From the NCBI GenBank assembly GCA_964106915.2, contig OZ066927.1: a DNA stretch of 64,000 nt. One strand, 5' to 3'. The position numbers and the translations under genes are program-made. The notes beneath the pieces are model-generated. The model ran no database searches and was not told where the DNA came from. It saw only the letters and a list, made by a program, of their open reading frames with translations. Each line of letters begins with the position of its first letter. Position 1 is the first letter of the stretch. Shown piece by piece: positions 38,435 through 51,200 of this stretch. The stretch is from Podarcis gaigeae. Lineage: Eukaryota.

Positions 38435-38901
38435 CCATATTTTTCACTCTATAGGATGCACTGGCCTATAGGACGCACCGCACCATAGGAGGGGGAGAAC
38501 AGGGGAGGGGGATTTTTTCTTGTTCTCCCCCTCTAAAACAAGGTGTGTTCAAGGTGCATTCACTCAAAGCCTCCGGAGCGCAGTGGGAGTTCCTGCTGCG
38601 CTCTGGAGGCTTCAGGCGGCTACCATCCCCAAGCTAGAACAGCGAGACGGTTCTGGCTTCGGGGACAGCCTTTCTAGCCTCTGCGGGGCAGCGGGGTGAA
38701 GGCACCTCGCTGCCCTGCAGAGGCTTTGCGCGCAGCCATCCCCAAGCTAGAACAGCGATACCGAGCGCTCCGCAGCACTCCGTCTCCCTGTTCTGGCTTT
38801 GGGCTTAGCTGCGCAGCCTGCATTTGCTCTACAGGACGCACACACATTTCCCCTTAATTTTTGGAGGGGGAAAAGTGCGTCCTATAGAGCGGAAAATACG
38901 G
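38435..38901. mobile_element. TcMar-Tc2-like non-autonomous element
   Basis: TA|CCATATTTTTCACTCTATAGGATGCAC ... GTGCGTCCTATAGAGCGGAAAATACGG|TA. Confidence 0.8.
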
Positions 38902-39776
38902 TACTTGCTCACTGTTGTTTCTCAGTGACTGGTATTCAGAGACAAGCTCTCTCTAATCCTGGAGGGAGAACATAGTCATGGTTAACAGCGGTTGGCTGAT
39001 ACCTTATCCTCCAAGAATTTATCTAGCCCATTTCAAATCGACCCAAGTTCTGTTTCATGGACCAATTCTCAGCCATAAAATACTATCCCCAAGCAAAGCT
39101 TCCAGACAATGGGTTTCCAGTCCTGGAAGTCAATGCCACACGTAAATTTAGTATCTACTGCTCTGTTCTTTGGCTGGGCTGTGAAGATCAAGTAGCATTT
39201 TCTTTATTTTGATGCCTACCCTACCCTACATAACAGACATCTTATGTCTTCAAAGAGCATGCCTGGTCAAACAAAGGAATTTATGCAGCAAGATGCAGTG
39301 GCGTCCATTGGCTTAGATGGCTTTAAAAAGAGGGCTGGGCAAACTCATGAAGCATAGCACTATCGATGGCTACTAGTCATAGTGGCTCTATGCTACCCTC
39401 CAGGATCAGAGGCAGTATAATATCCTGCTTCTAGGAAGCCATCTGGTTGACCACATTTGGAAACCAGGTGTTGGACTAGAGATGTTCTGATCCAGCAGAA
39501 CTGTTCTGGGTGTATCGTGTATCACACATGTGTTATGGCAGTCACATCTGTTTTCCAGTATACCAGCTACAACCCTTAAGTCAGATCTATTATACGTGCC
39601 TTCTACATATATTTTCTCAAAGTTACCTACTAACAGAAAAAAAGAGTTCCCTTTATGCTTGGGATACAAAGGTAAACAAATCTTGAGGACTGTGGTAGTG
39701 CATCAAAATTGCAATTGTCAGATCAGCCAAGGACAAACAGTGGTCTCCAGGAATGATATTAATGGGGTTTCAAATA

Positions 39777-40037
39777 CCGTATTTTTTGCTCTATAAGACT
39801 CACTTTTTCCCTCCTAAAAAGTAAGGGGAAATGTTTGTGCATCTTATGGAGCGAATACAGGCTGCGCAGCTATCCCAGAAGCCAGAACAGCAAGAGCGAT
39901 CACTGCTTTTGCTGCGCAGCGATCCCTCTTGCTGTTCTGGCTTCTGGAATTCAGAATATATTTTTTTTCTTGTTTTCCTTCTTCAAAAAATAGGTGTGTC
40001 TTATGGTCTGGTGCGTCTTATAGAGCGAAAAATACGG
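39777..40037. mobile_element. TcMar-Tc2-like MITE
   Basis: TA|CCGTATTTTTTGCTCTATAAGAC ... GTCTTATAGAGCGAAAAATACGG|TA. Confidence 0.85.
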
Positions 40038-40099
40038 TACATCAACTACAAGTTAAATACTCTCCTTTTATTATCATTTCTAGCGATGAGATTACTTAC

Positions 40100-40169
40100 C
40101 TGTGCAGCCAATGTGTTTATAAAACCTATACTCTAAATGCAGCTGTGGGGCACGAGATTTTAATGGCTC
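40100..40169 (-). CDS. CSNK1G1: CSNK1G1 coding exon (EPLKSRAPQLHLEYRFYKHIGCT)
   Basis: 70 nt, tttgtag / gtaagt. Confidence 0.95.
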
Positions 40170-40686
40170 CTACAAAAACAGAATGAAAAAATAGTCAAAT
40201 TAAATGGAACTCTATGGCAGCCTTAGCATCTCTCAAACTTGGAAAACCACCTAGGACCAGGATTTAATTTGACTGGCTTTGAAGAACTGCTATTAAATCC
40301 TTGCCCTTTGAATTTCCAACACAAAATATCAGGTGTGAATTCATGAGAGGCCAACTTCAATGTAGGCAAAAACTGAAGATAAGCAGCTACATGGTCACAT
40401 TGTCAGATAGGAAGGAGCCTAATATTAAGCATCTGTCAAAGAACTTAACTTGGGTCATTAATCTGAATTACATACATGATATTTCATATATGTATGTATG
40501 TATGTATGTATGTTACCTGCCTTAAAATCTGCGGATGAAGGGAAGGATATAAGTTAAATAAATAAATAAGTTAGAAAGAAGTGGCCATTCACTAAAAAAT
40601 ATTATTAAGATACATGGCAGGTTAATAACAAAACAGCTTTCCAAATCTCTTTATGGAAGCATTTCATGAATGTGTTTACAACAGGG

Positions 40687-40917
40687 AAAACAAAAAAAAT
40701 TCCTTCCAGTAGCACCTTAAAGACCAACTAAGTTAGTTCTTGGTATGAGCTTTCGTGTGCATGCACACTTCTTCAGATACACTGAAGAAGTATCTGAAGA
40801 AGTGTGCATGCACACGAAAGCTCATACCAAGAACTAACTTAGTTGGTCTTTAAGGTGCTACTGGAAGGAATTTTTTTTGTTTTGACTATGGCAGACCAAC
40901 ACAGCTACCTATCTGTA
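40687..40917. mobile_element. Penelope-like element remnant forming a perfect palindrome (94-bp arms, 9-bp spacer)
   Basis: 40687-40780 is the exact reverse complement of 40790-40883; flanking duplication TTTACAACAGGGAA at 40675-40688 and 40918-40931. Confidence 0.8.
40790..40827 (+). ncRNA. Minimal type-I hammerhead ribozyme motif (mirror copy on the minus strand at 40743-40780)
   Basis: GUAU-CUGAAGA-A-GUGUG CAUG CACAC-GAAA-GC-UC-AUAC: helix I GUAU/AUAC, core CUGAnGA and GAAA, helix II hairpin, palindromic AGCU helix III, UH site. Confidence 0.72.
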
Positions 40918-41074
40918 TTTACAACAGGGAAGTGTTCTACCAAGAGTTTAAAAGACAACAGTTTACAGAGATGTCCAGGAAAACATAGTCTAGATCAACG
41001 GAAGAATAATCTAAACTCCTAATTTGCTTAACACTCAGAATTTCAGAGATGTTTAAAAACTGCACATTACTCAC

Positions 41075-41115
41075 CAGTTTGATTGCTACGTATTCATTTG
41101 TATAAAGATTTTTGC
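41075..41115 (-). CDS. CSNK1G1: CSNK1G1 coding exon (GKNLYTNEYVAIKL, catalytic Lys)
   Basis: 41 nt, cattgcag / gtgagt. Confidence 0.95.
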
Positions 41116-41334
41116 CTGCAATGGAAACAGAGACACAATAAACATCACAATGGTGACAGGTAAGTCAGTATTGCTAGTTTTTCAGGTTTCCAGAATGAAA
41201 AGAGGTTTACTCCAGATATTAGGGCTACAAGTACCATCAGCCCCAGTCAACACAGCTGTGCTGGCTGGCACTGATGACAGTTGTAGTCCAAAACATCTGA
41301 TCTGCTGTATAACTGCATCAATTAAATCTGACTA

Positions 41335-41564
41335 CAGTCGTATTTTGGAAGTCAAATGGAATCCGTTCCAGAAATCCGTTCAACTTCCAAAATGTTTGAA
41401 AACCAAACTGCGGCTCCTGCAGCCAATCAGAAGCCGGAGAAGCCCCATCGGACATTCGGCTTCCAAAAATAGTTCACAAACTGGGACACTCACTTCTGGG
41501 TTTGTGACGTTTGGGAGCCAAAACATTTGGGAACTAAGCTGTTCAAAAACCAAAGGTGTGACTG
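41335..41564. mobile_element. Tigger-like MITE, family B
   Basis: TA|CAGTCG ... TGACTG|TA; similar to 16868-17092. Confidence 0.7.
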
Positions 41565-42554
41565 TATGTTATTATGAGTACATTTTTAATGTGCAAAAAT
41601 GAATTCTATTCAATATTAGAGGGGATAATGTGTAAGTCACCTATTCTTTATCACCCATTGTTTTAGAACTTAAATTCTTCAAAGTTTTAATGTTTCTTTT
41701 ATATACATTTAATAATACAAAACTATTCAGAGAAAAGTATGAACAAGAATGTCCCTATGTAGGGGGGGAGGGAACCAAAGAAAATTGTTTGAAATGTATT
41801 TTTTTAAAGAAAACTGAGCCTAAACAAACTTAAACAAACCCAAGTTTCACGTAAGCACAAAGGTCTTGAAATTGTCAGCTAGATTGCCTACTTCATTTAT
41901 ATACTATTGCTAAAGTTTAAAGTGTATGCATGGTAGTCAATTGAAATATAATTTATATCCAACTTTTATATGAACTACCTCGTGCTTATACTTTTCTTCA
42001 GAAGCATAACTGAAATCTGAGTTTAAATAAAATTCCTCATTCTTTTGAGGCTCAAATAAAATCACGATAAATGAAACCCTAGTGAGGTTTATTTTACTCC
42101 CCAGCTAAAACTTGCTGTAAAGTCTTTCCCAAGTAGTGTATCAGCTACAGAGTAAACACAAAGTCCAACCTCTTTGGGGTGAGGGGAGAAAGGTGAAGAA
42201 AGAGCATTCATGTTACGAGGAAGCAACAGTCAAAATTAGGAGCTGCCTACCTGCCCTTCAGTGTTTGGGGCAGGAGAAAAATTAAGGGTCCTGGACAGGG
42301 GAGGAAAATATAGGCATGTGTCTTGAATTCAGAATTTAAGATTTGAGTTGACTGAACAAGCAAACCACTGATTAGATTTGCATATGGGTAAAAGTATATC
42401 AGAAGAAGCACAATTCATTTATTTTTAGATGATGTGCATGTGTCATAGCAGAAACCTTAGCATTTCTTTTATGTGTGAGAAAACAGAGAATGTATGGGAT
42501 TATGGTTGGACAAACCTGAATAGCTAAACTGCCTCATTAGCATTGAGAATTTCA

Positions 42555-43754
42555 TTTTTTTTAATAAAATATTTATTAAAATTTTTAAATACAAATGCAA
42601 AAATAATAAACAATATAACATATATCATAACATAGTTTCATAACTTCTTTGGACTCCCTCACGTCTCCCGCTCCCACTTACATCAGTATAGATTTTTACC
42701 AGCAATTTATCATCTTGTTTGCGTTCTTATGTCCCGCTCTTTTAAGTATAATATAATAAATCTCCAAAAGTTTTATATTTTCCTCAATCTCACTTATCAT
42801 CCTAATTCCATCTAATTTAGTGGTGCTCAATTATTTATGATCTAGCATCCTTCTTAACATTCAACCAAATTACAATATTTTTGTAAATAAATCTTAAATT
42901 TCTTCCAGTCTTCTTCAACCTTCTCCTCTCCCAGGTCTCGGATTCTGCCGGTCATCTCAGCCAGTTCCATGTAGTCTATCAGTTGCATCTGCCATTCTTC
43001 CAGTGTGGGTAGATCTTGAGTCTTCCAATGCTTAGCGATGAGTATCCTTGCTGCCGTTGTTGCATATAGGAAAAAAGTTCTGTCCTTCTTTATCACCCTC
43101 TGGCCGACAATACCCAGGAGGAAGGCCTCTGGTTTCTTATGGAAGGTATACTTAAATACCTTTTTCAACTCATTATATATCATTTCCCAGAAAGCCTTCA
43201 CTCTAGGGCACGTCCACCAGAGGTGAAAGAAAGTTCCTTCATTTCCTTTACATTTCCAGCATTTGTTATCAGACAAATGGTATATTTTGGCAAGTTTAAC
43301 TGGGGTCATGTACCATCTATATATCATTTTCATTACATTTTCCTTCAAAGCATTACATGCAGTTCAACCCAGTGGTCCACAACCTTTCCCAGTCCTCAAA
43401 CATAATATTATGCCCAATATCCTGTGCCCACTTTATCATAGCCGATTTAACCATTTCATCTTGTGTATTCCATTTTAACAGCAAGTTATACATTCTTGAA
43501 AGTACCTTAGTCTTAGGTTCTAACAGTTCTGTTTCCAATTTCGATTTCTCCACCTGGAATCCTAACTTTTTGTCATTTTTAAAAACTTCTTTAATCTGAG
43601 CGTAATGTAACCAGTCTCGCACTTTATCCTTCATTTTCTCCAAACTCTGCAATTTCCAGTTGTCTCCATCTTTTTCTAGTATTTCCCAATATTTTGGCCA
43701 TTTGGCCTCCATATTGGGTCTTTTTCAGGCCTTAGCTTCCAGAGGTGAAAGCCA
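42555..43754 (-). mobile_element. 5'-truncated L1-clade LINE (ORF2 C-terminus, 3'UTR, polyA)
   Basis: CWKCKGNEGTFFHLWWTCPRVKAFW zinc knuckle; frameshifted ORFs 43353-43712 and 42854-43348; poly(T) at 42555; 16-bp TSD AGCA(T/C)TGAGAATTTCA at 42539-42554 and 43755-43770. Confidence 0.92.
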
Positions 43755-44899
43755 AGCACTGAGAATTTCAGAGAAGTGTGGATGAAATAGTATTTGCATG
43801 CATTATAGCTACCTAAGATGTTTTATATGGTGAGTAGCATGTGCTGTTGGTGTGGACAGGGGAAGGATGACTTTGTCCTTAGCTGGTGGTTTTACCCAGA
43901 AGCAAGAAAGTTTAGGAATAATATTGTACACACGGATCCCGCTATCAAAACACTTGTTATCTGAAATCTCGGTTATCTGAACACAAAGAATTATACGCAA
44001 ACTTCACTACATAAGGCTGGCTCAGATATCCTAACAACTGGAGTTTGCCTACCTTCTTACTTGTTTGTGTTTTGCTGGTTGGAGGAGGCAATTTTAGGCA
44101 GAAACCATGTGGGGGAGGGGGAGGGGGAGGGAGAGAGATCAGACAAATCAGTTTTTCCTTTGTTTTCCTTTAGCTGATTTGCTGCTGCAGTTCCAGGCAG
44201 AGTGGAGGGAGGTAGCATGGGTTAGAAATGTTCCCATAGGAAATAATGGATATCATCATCTCATTTTAAGAAACAGCATTCTGCAGCAACCAGTTAAACC
44301 AGTACAAACTGGTGGGTATTATACTGGGCTTTAATTATTTTATCTGCTCTAAAAAATAAAAACAAAATAATTGCTTGTTTATGTGGGAAAATTTCATTTA
44401 GCAGTATTATGGAACAGAAAATTATATACTGTACTGTAGAATTCTGAAAAACAGCCGCTCAAGAAAGAACTGCATTAAGCATTATTTATAAATTTATATA
44501 AGCTTCATCATTTTCTGTATATATGGAAATTACTCAGCTAAACCAAGTTATGTATAGTAAAAAATAGCATATTAAAACTTCCTGAGCAGAAAAGGGGGGG
44601 GGGGAGAAAGATGTCACCCAAGTAAAGAAGTGTTATTTATAACTTTCATATGAAACAATATGAAAAACATATGTTTTGAATGAGGTATGTATATACTGCA
44701 GCAAAAACTACCTTAGAAAGGGCATCCCCCTTACGCAGGCGAGAGGGAAATGCCTTTCCCAAGGTGACACCTGCTATCTGAAGTTTTGACATGTACTGTA
44801 CATTAATTGCACAATTAGGGACACCTTTTTAGCTGATCAAAAGATTTTAACTAAATAGTGTAGCCCTGTTTACAACCTGTGAAAGTTATATGCTCTTAC

Positions 44900-45077
44900 C
44901 TAGCCTGAGCTCTCCGAAATTTCCACTGCCTATCTTCTTGCCAACTCTGAAATTGGGCCCAACCATAAGAACACCAGAGGCTGAAGTGGAACTTGATGCT
45001 CGGGAACTGTGTGAACTTCTTGCTGGATTTCCTTTTCCGGTTCGCCTTTCATCTTTCTCCCTAGTAAGATGGTCCAT
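44900..45077 (-). CDS. CSNK1G1: CSNK1G1 first coding exon, coding part (exon 2 spans 44900-45291 including 5'UTR)
   Basis: [12 protein letters not shown]...[25 protein letters not shown]; donor gtaaga at 44899; acceptor ctgttgtag at 45292. Confidence 0.96.
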
Positions 45078-45916
45078 GATCTTAAAATAAAAATATCTCC
45101 CAGTGAGCAGGATTTGGACTTTGCACTTATTCTTGAAGAGAGAAATATATATCCAGAAGAATCATTGGGTCAAACTATAAAATCATTTGGAGATCTTTTG
45201 GCACCATATCCAGGTTATTCGTGTTCTTCCACCGAACATTCGATGGGCAACTCCAGAGTCCTCCACAAGGTAGGGGAGAATCTTATATAACCTACAACAG
45301 AAAAAAGGGCAATTGTAAGATCAAAATCCTATTTATAAAAGAACAAGCTGTTCACTAAAATAGAATTCAATGATAGCTATTTTGGAATCAGCATTTTCAT
45401 CAGGTTGCCAGTGTCAGTGTAACCATTTGTTGTTTCTCACTGTGGAAAATATAAACTTGAATAGAGATGGACACTACCCATAGCCATTCCCAGCTATGGA
45501 AACGGCAGTTTTCCTCCATTCCAAAAGTCTCACACTTTTCAATCTAAGATATTAGAAGAATATCTTAGCTTTATATCAGGTAACAAAGAAGTGGATCTGG
45601 CTACACTTATGAACAATGTTCATGAGTCTAGATGTACAGAACAAAGGGACAAATAACGCTTGACAGAAATAACGCCCAAGAACACAAATGCATTTGTACA
45701 TCATACAAATCACACAATTTGTCAGCTAATGCTTTGGGTAAAGTAAGGGTAGCCAGAGTTTAATTTTTAGGTTTATTATATGCAAGGCTTTTGCATTTCT
45801 GCATTATAAATACAATTTCAACATTATATTTTACAAAATTAAGATTACGAATTTTAACCATTATATGTGCTATGTAGAATTCTACAAGGCAATCTCAGTC
45901 AAACCCCAGAGTTCTC

Positions 45917-46076
45917 TTAAAGTTTGTTAAATCTGTCTTAATGCAGAAGTGGTTACTGCTAAGTTTTGTAGCATTTTAAATAGTATTTAAAACAAAGTAA
46001 GTATAAATACAATTTAAAATGTTACAAAACATAGCAGCAATTGCTTCTGCATTAAAACAGATTTAAAAGACTTTAA
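45917..46076. repeat. Imperfect AT-rich inverted repeat (about 60-70-bp arms)
   Basis: AAATCTGTCTTAATGCAGAAG...TTTTAAATAGTATTTA pairs with TAAATACAATTTAAAA...CTTCTGCATTAAAACAGATTT. Confidence 0.8.
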
Positions 46077-47930
46077 ATTCTATATTGTAAGTAGCCCTAG
46101 AAGTTTTCAAACTGAAGATGGGGTATGAAATGTTGAACATAAAGTTGGTTTCAAAAGCAGACATGATAAAATTCTTCAACCTAATGCTGATTATATTAAG
46201 CATTGTCACAGCTTCAGTTTTTAAATGTTAGAAGGAAAGTCAATTTTACTCACACACACACACACTCCAACACTTTTAAATGCCTTATTCATCAAACTGG
46301 CATAAGAGAGGCAATACTTCTTTGCCTAACAGTGTACCCTTCACACTTAGCCCCACTAATCATGAAACAAATTTAAAGTCTTTCATTACCGATGGTTACT
46401 TGCCCAATCCCCAGCCAAGAACACAAAAGCTAAGTCCTCAGATTCTGGAGACATCACAGACCCAAAACATAATGTCTATTACTGCCAGCTCTAGAGATAG
46501 TTGTAAACATTCTCGGTAAATGTATCTCACTAAGAAATAGTTCATATCCATGTACTTTTAAATTTTTCAGCCACATATGAAGTTCTCTGTATCACTATTG
46601 CCTAACATTTAAGAATTGTTGTCTGCTTGATATAAAATACTTCCTTTGAGGGAGATTTATAACAGAAAAGTAAAAAAATTAATTAAAATAGTTCCTTAAT
46701 AGGCTGGGATACTTTTATCTTTAGACTGACCAATTATACTTGCACTTTGACATTAATATGCACATTCAAAGAAAGACAGAGCCTTGTTGACTTAATTTGA
46801 ATACACCATAGGAATCAGACTTCATTGAAGTTGTGCAGCTTATTTCATATAAGTCAATTTATAAAACAAAACATTAGAAATGACAAGGTTTTATCTTCCT
46901 AGGGGCCTGATAACAGCCTATTACCATGAGTTTGGATTGCTTCCCTATTATAAAATTCCCTAATCCTTCTTGTGTATTAAAGCTGTACATTCAGTTTGAC
47001 TCAAATTACTCTGATTGCATTAACTTGTATTCCTAATTATATGTACTTTTCTGCTCATCACAGCGCCTCTTCTGTAATACAGTCCTGAAGATTGTCAGAA
47101 ACTTTTAAGATACAAATAAACTGAGGCTGAATAATAAAGACAAGACAACCTAGTGTCCATGCACTAAACTAACATTACCGTATGGGAACAGTTCTGCTCT
47201 AAAACATAATCTCAAAGAATAGCCATATCCAAATGCATTTTTAAAAAATGAAATAGAAATAGTTACTAATATTGTATTCTGTTATCCTAACTTTTTACTT
47301 GTCATATTCTGCTGTTTGACAACCCTAGAATGTATTTTCAGAGCTCCTGAAACCTTTACTTAGTTCAGTAACTCTTTAACTTGCTTAAAAACAGGTAGAG
47401 ATGGGGGGTTTTAAGTCTGGTACCTGACATTTTCACTAAAGGATAAACTATGTTATATGAACAAAAGAAACTGTCATATACCAAGTCCGAATATTGGTCC
47501 ATCTTGCCTAGCCTTGTCTGCTCTGACCAACAGTTTTCCCCAGCTCTACTACCCAAAAGCTAAAAACTGATACTGAACCAAAGAACTGATTCATGCAAAG
47601 CATTTAGACTTCCAACAGCGGGACGGGGGGGAAAGAACTGGGGGAGAACCCATATGAACCATTTTCTCTTTTAGAATAAATAATTTGTGAAATGCTTTTT
47701 TAATAAAGAGTTTTAAAGTATTGTTTTAACAGTACTTTATTCAATCAAAAATAATGTAATACCTTTGTAACACTCTAACAATATTAGGCAATTACCATTC
47801 TCAGCATCGGATTTAGGGAAGTTTAGACAGTTCCCCCCAAAAAGGTGCCGAGCCGAAGGGGTGCATAACAATAACAACAACAACAACAACAACAACTTAT
47901 ATTTACACGAGTACCTACTCAAACTTGCTT

Positions 47931-48262
47931 AAAGGTAAAGGGACCCCTGACCATTAGGTCCAGTTGTGACAGACTCTGGGGTTGCGGTGCTCATCTCGCT
48001 TTATTGGCCAAGGGAGCTGGCGTACAGCTTCCAGGTCATGTGGCCAGCATGACAAAGTCGCTTCTGGCGAACCAGAGCAGCGCACGGAAACGCCGTTTAA
48101 CTTCCCGCCGGAGCGGTATCTATTTATCTACTTGCACTTTGACGTGCTTTCGAACTGCTAGGTTGGCAGGAGCAGGGACCGAGCAACGGGAGCTCACCCC
48201 ATCACGGGAATTCAGACCGCCGAACTTCTGATCGGCAAGTCCTAGGCTCTGTGGTTTAACCC
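47931..48262 (-). mobile_element. Sauria-type SINE
   Basis: Homologous to 1856-2160 along its length. Confidence 0.8.
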
Positions 48263-51200
48263 TTGCTTAGGGCACCATATTACCAAAGCCAGCCTCTGAC
48301 TCTGTACACTGCAGACATGTATAACTCGAAGCTATTTCTGTTAAGATGAGAAAGCCTACTGTTTTCCCCACAAGAAAATTCCACATCTGTTGAGGGAACA
48401 GCACTTTTGCTAGAACAAATTTCCATATACATTCATTCCAATTAATAGATTTTTGTACACAGCCACTAGATATGTCACTGCACATGAGAATCTCCTCACG
48501 CTCACCCACTAAAAGATAGTAGTTGTTGCTCGGCAAGGCAGTGATGGGGACAGCAGCTCAGATAACTTAAGATGCCTCCACAAGTTCAAAATATGCAAGA
48601 CAAACTAGCTTAAAATATTGGTTAATGGCCATTCAAGCTCACCAATCAGTTGGCATTTTACTGTCCAGTCCATATGTGGATATTGCACCATACAAAGTGT
48701 AAGGTGGCTTTGTGATCTCATTTGGATGGAACTGAGAGGCCACTGCCAGTCAGAGTAGACAATACTTCACAAGATGGATCAACTGTCTGACCTGGTATAA
48801 GGCGGCTTCCTATGTAAATTATGTATACCCGGCTGCAAAAGCAAAAGATGAAAAGCCCAAGTAGAAAATACAAAAGAAACAGAATTCCAATTTGCTTCAT
48901 TTCTGTCTAGGAAAAAGGTAATGTCAGATGTAGTACTGTAATGCAGATATGTTTGAAAAACTGTATGATCTGATTTTGTGAAAATTTAAGGCAGTATCTA
49001 ATTTTCCGTATTTTTTTTAATGGCTGCTATAATAGGCTATTTTTCTAACTACTATCCTCTTAGACTCCCCATTAACCTAATTATTTTGACATACCTGGCT
49101 CAGAAAGGATAGGTACAATAGCATTTTGTCGTTTAACCCAAGAAAAATCTTTATGTTCCAAGTTACATGTCTTCTGTAAAACCCAATTGGCCGGTTGATG
49201 TTGAGAAGCTGCATCACCCTAGAATGTGAGAGACTCATAGAACTTAGGTGGCTGTGATAACATAATGCTGTTCAAGTGTTATTCAGCGAGTATAATCACA
49301 ACCGTTAGGAAGGCAAGGAGTCCTCACGTTGAATAATATTTTGCCGTTTAAATATATAGTAATAATCAAAAAGTCACGTGTATTATTTTGAAGTCATGTG
49401 TATTACACTTAGAATTTACTGAGCACTTTAAAAACTATGGGTTGTATCCAGCTAAGTTCTACCCTGAGTAGACACACTGAAATTAATATCTCTATATTAG
49501 TCACATCCATTAATTTTAGTAGTGAGCATGACTAAAATTGGATACAATTCTATTATGCACAGCACTGACTCTGTCCAACAAGATTTATAAATCAATACTG
49601 TACATACTGGAATTATTCTCTTTCTGCAAGTTCTTTAGCACTTAAAAGAGCTATGTGAAGGAAGAATAACCCTAATATTTCATATGTCTACTTTGTGTAT
49701 ATGACCAACCAACCAACAGCTCCTCTTTCTGGTCTGTAGAAACAGATATCTTTCTGCTCATATTCAGGCATGAAAAGACAGAACACAAAACTATTAATGT
49801 TTAGCCCAGAATAAAACAGTTTAATCACTTGGTGTCAAGAATGAATGAGAAGTATGTCTACTGGGCCTGGAGAGGTATTTGGAGCCATGCTTTATCTATA
49901 GCTGCATTAAAAGCTGGGACCAGAGCAATATTCCAAAAGTTTCAGCAATGACAAGCAAGTCTTCACCAGAGGTACTCAATACCGTGTTAGAAACTCAGAT
50001 ATGTAAGCTATTCACTAAATGGCTCCTTAAACCTAGACTATGGGCGCAACAACAGAATGTCTAGTCACCACCGGGGGGGGGGGGGAGATTGTGTATATTG
50101 TCAATGTTAATATATTTTACAATTCAGTCACACATTTTAACAATTACGGTAATCTTTTTTTCAAAACAAGTGAACTAATATACAATTCACATCAATGACT
50201 CATTTTTAATATCACATTTTTCATGGCAATTATTAACGGACCACCAGAAACATTAATGGGGGTTAGCCTCAGCAGTAGTGGACAATCATAAGTCATTTGA
50301 ACAATTAATATTTATAAATACCGGTATGTACATAGATACTCTTAACCAAATATATTAAGTCGCAGGTTCATCAAGTACTGCAGTCACAGTTAAATATGTT
50401 TGTTATATCAGAATTCTTGGAAGAACAGGCCTAACCGCAGAATCCTAAACATTTCAACACAGAAATAGATGCTACTGAATTCAAAAGAGCCTGCTCTCAG
50501 GCAAATGGGATTGGGATCACAACCTAATTCATAATTTTTCAGCAGTACCTCTATAATAGCATGTTTATGAATACTCCATTCGCAAGATAACGTGTTTTGC
50601 AGGACTGCTTGTACAACTGAGTCTTCAGAATCTTGTTACCTAAAAGGTTTTGGGTACTTGGGATGCCACATTTCTTGTGGCATGTAAGCTCAGAGACCAG
50701 GGACGGTGGTGGCTGTTGTCCAGTGGACTCCCAAGGAGAGAGGAGAGAAGAGGAGGCCGAGGGAACACTTCACAAGGGAGGGTGTTCAAAAAGAGGTGAG
50801 GGGCTGCCCACAGGCAACAGGGGAGCTGCAGAAAGAATGGTTGGTCAAGGGAGCAGTGGACTCAGAAAGGTTGAAAACCGCTGGTGTACATGATCAACAT
50901 CCAGCTCAATTGTCTACCAGCTTGCACTGCTCAGATTAGAACTCTAACACATATGTTACTATTATTATAGTTGTTGTTTTTGTTGCTGTGGTAATTTTCA
51001 GCAAAGTTCCATGATTCCTACTGGGGCAAAACCCTAGCATGTGCAAGCTTGACTCAACAACAGATGGCAACATTCTTTCTTTAGAATTTAGGCAGCAACC
51101 CTATGGAAAACTTCACACATATATTTTAAAATCAACTAAGACTGCCATCCTCAGTCCATTTATCTGTAAATAAGCTTCAATGAATTCAATGGGATTAGCT

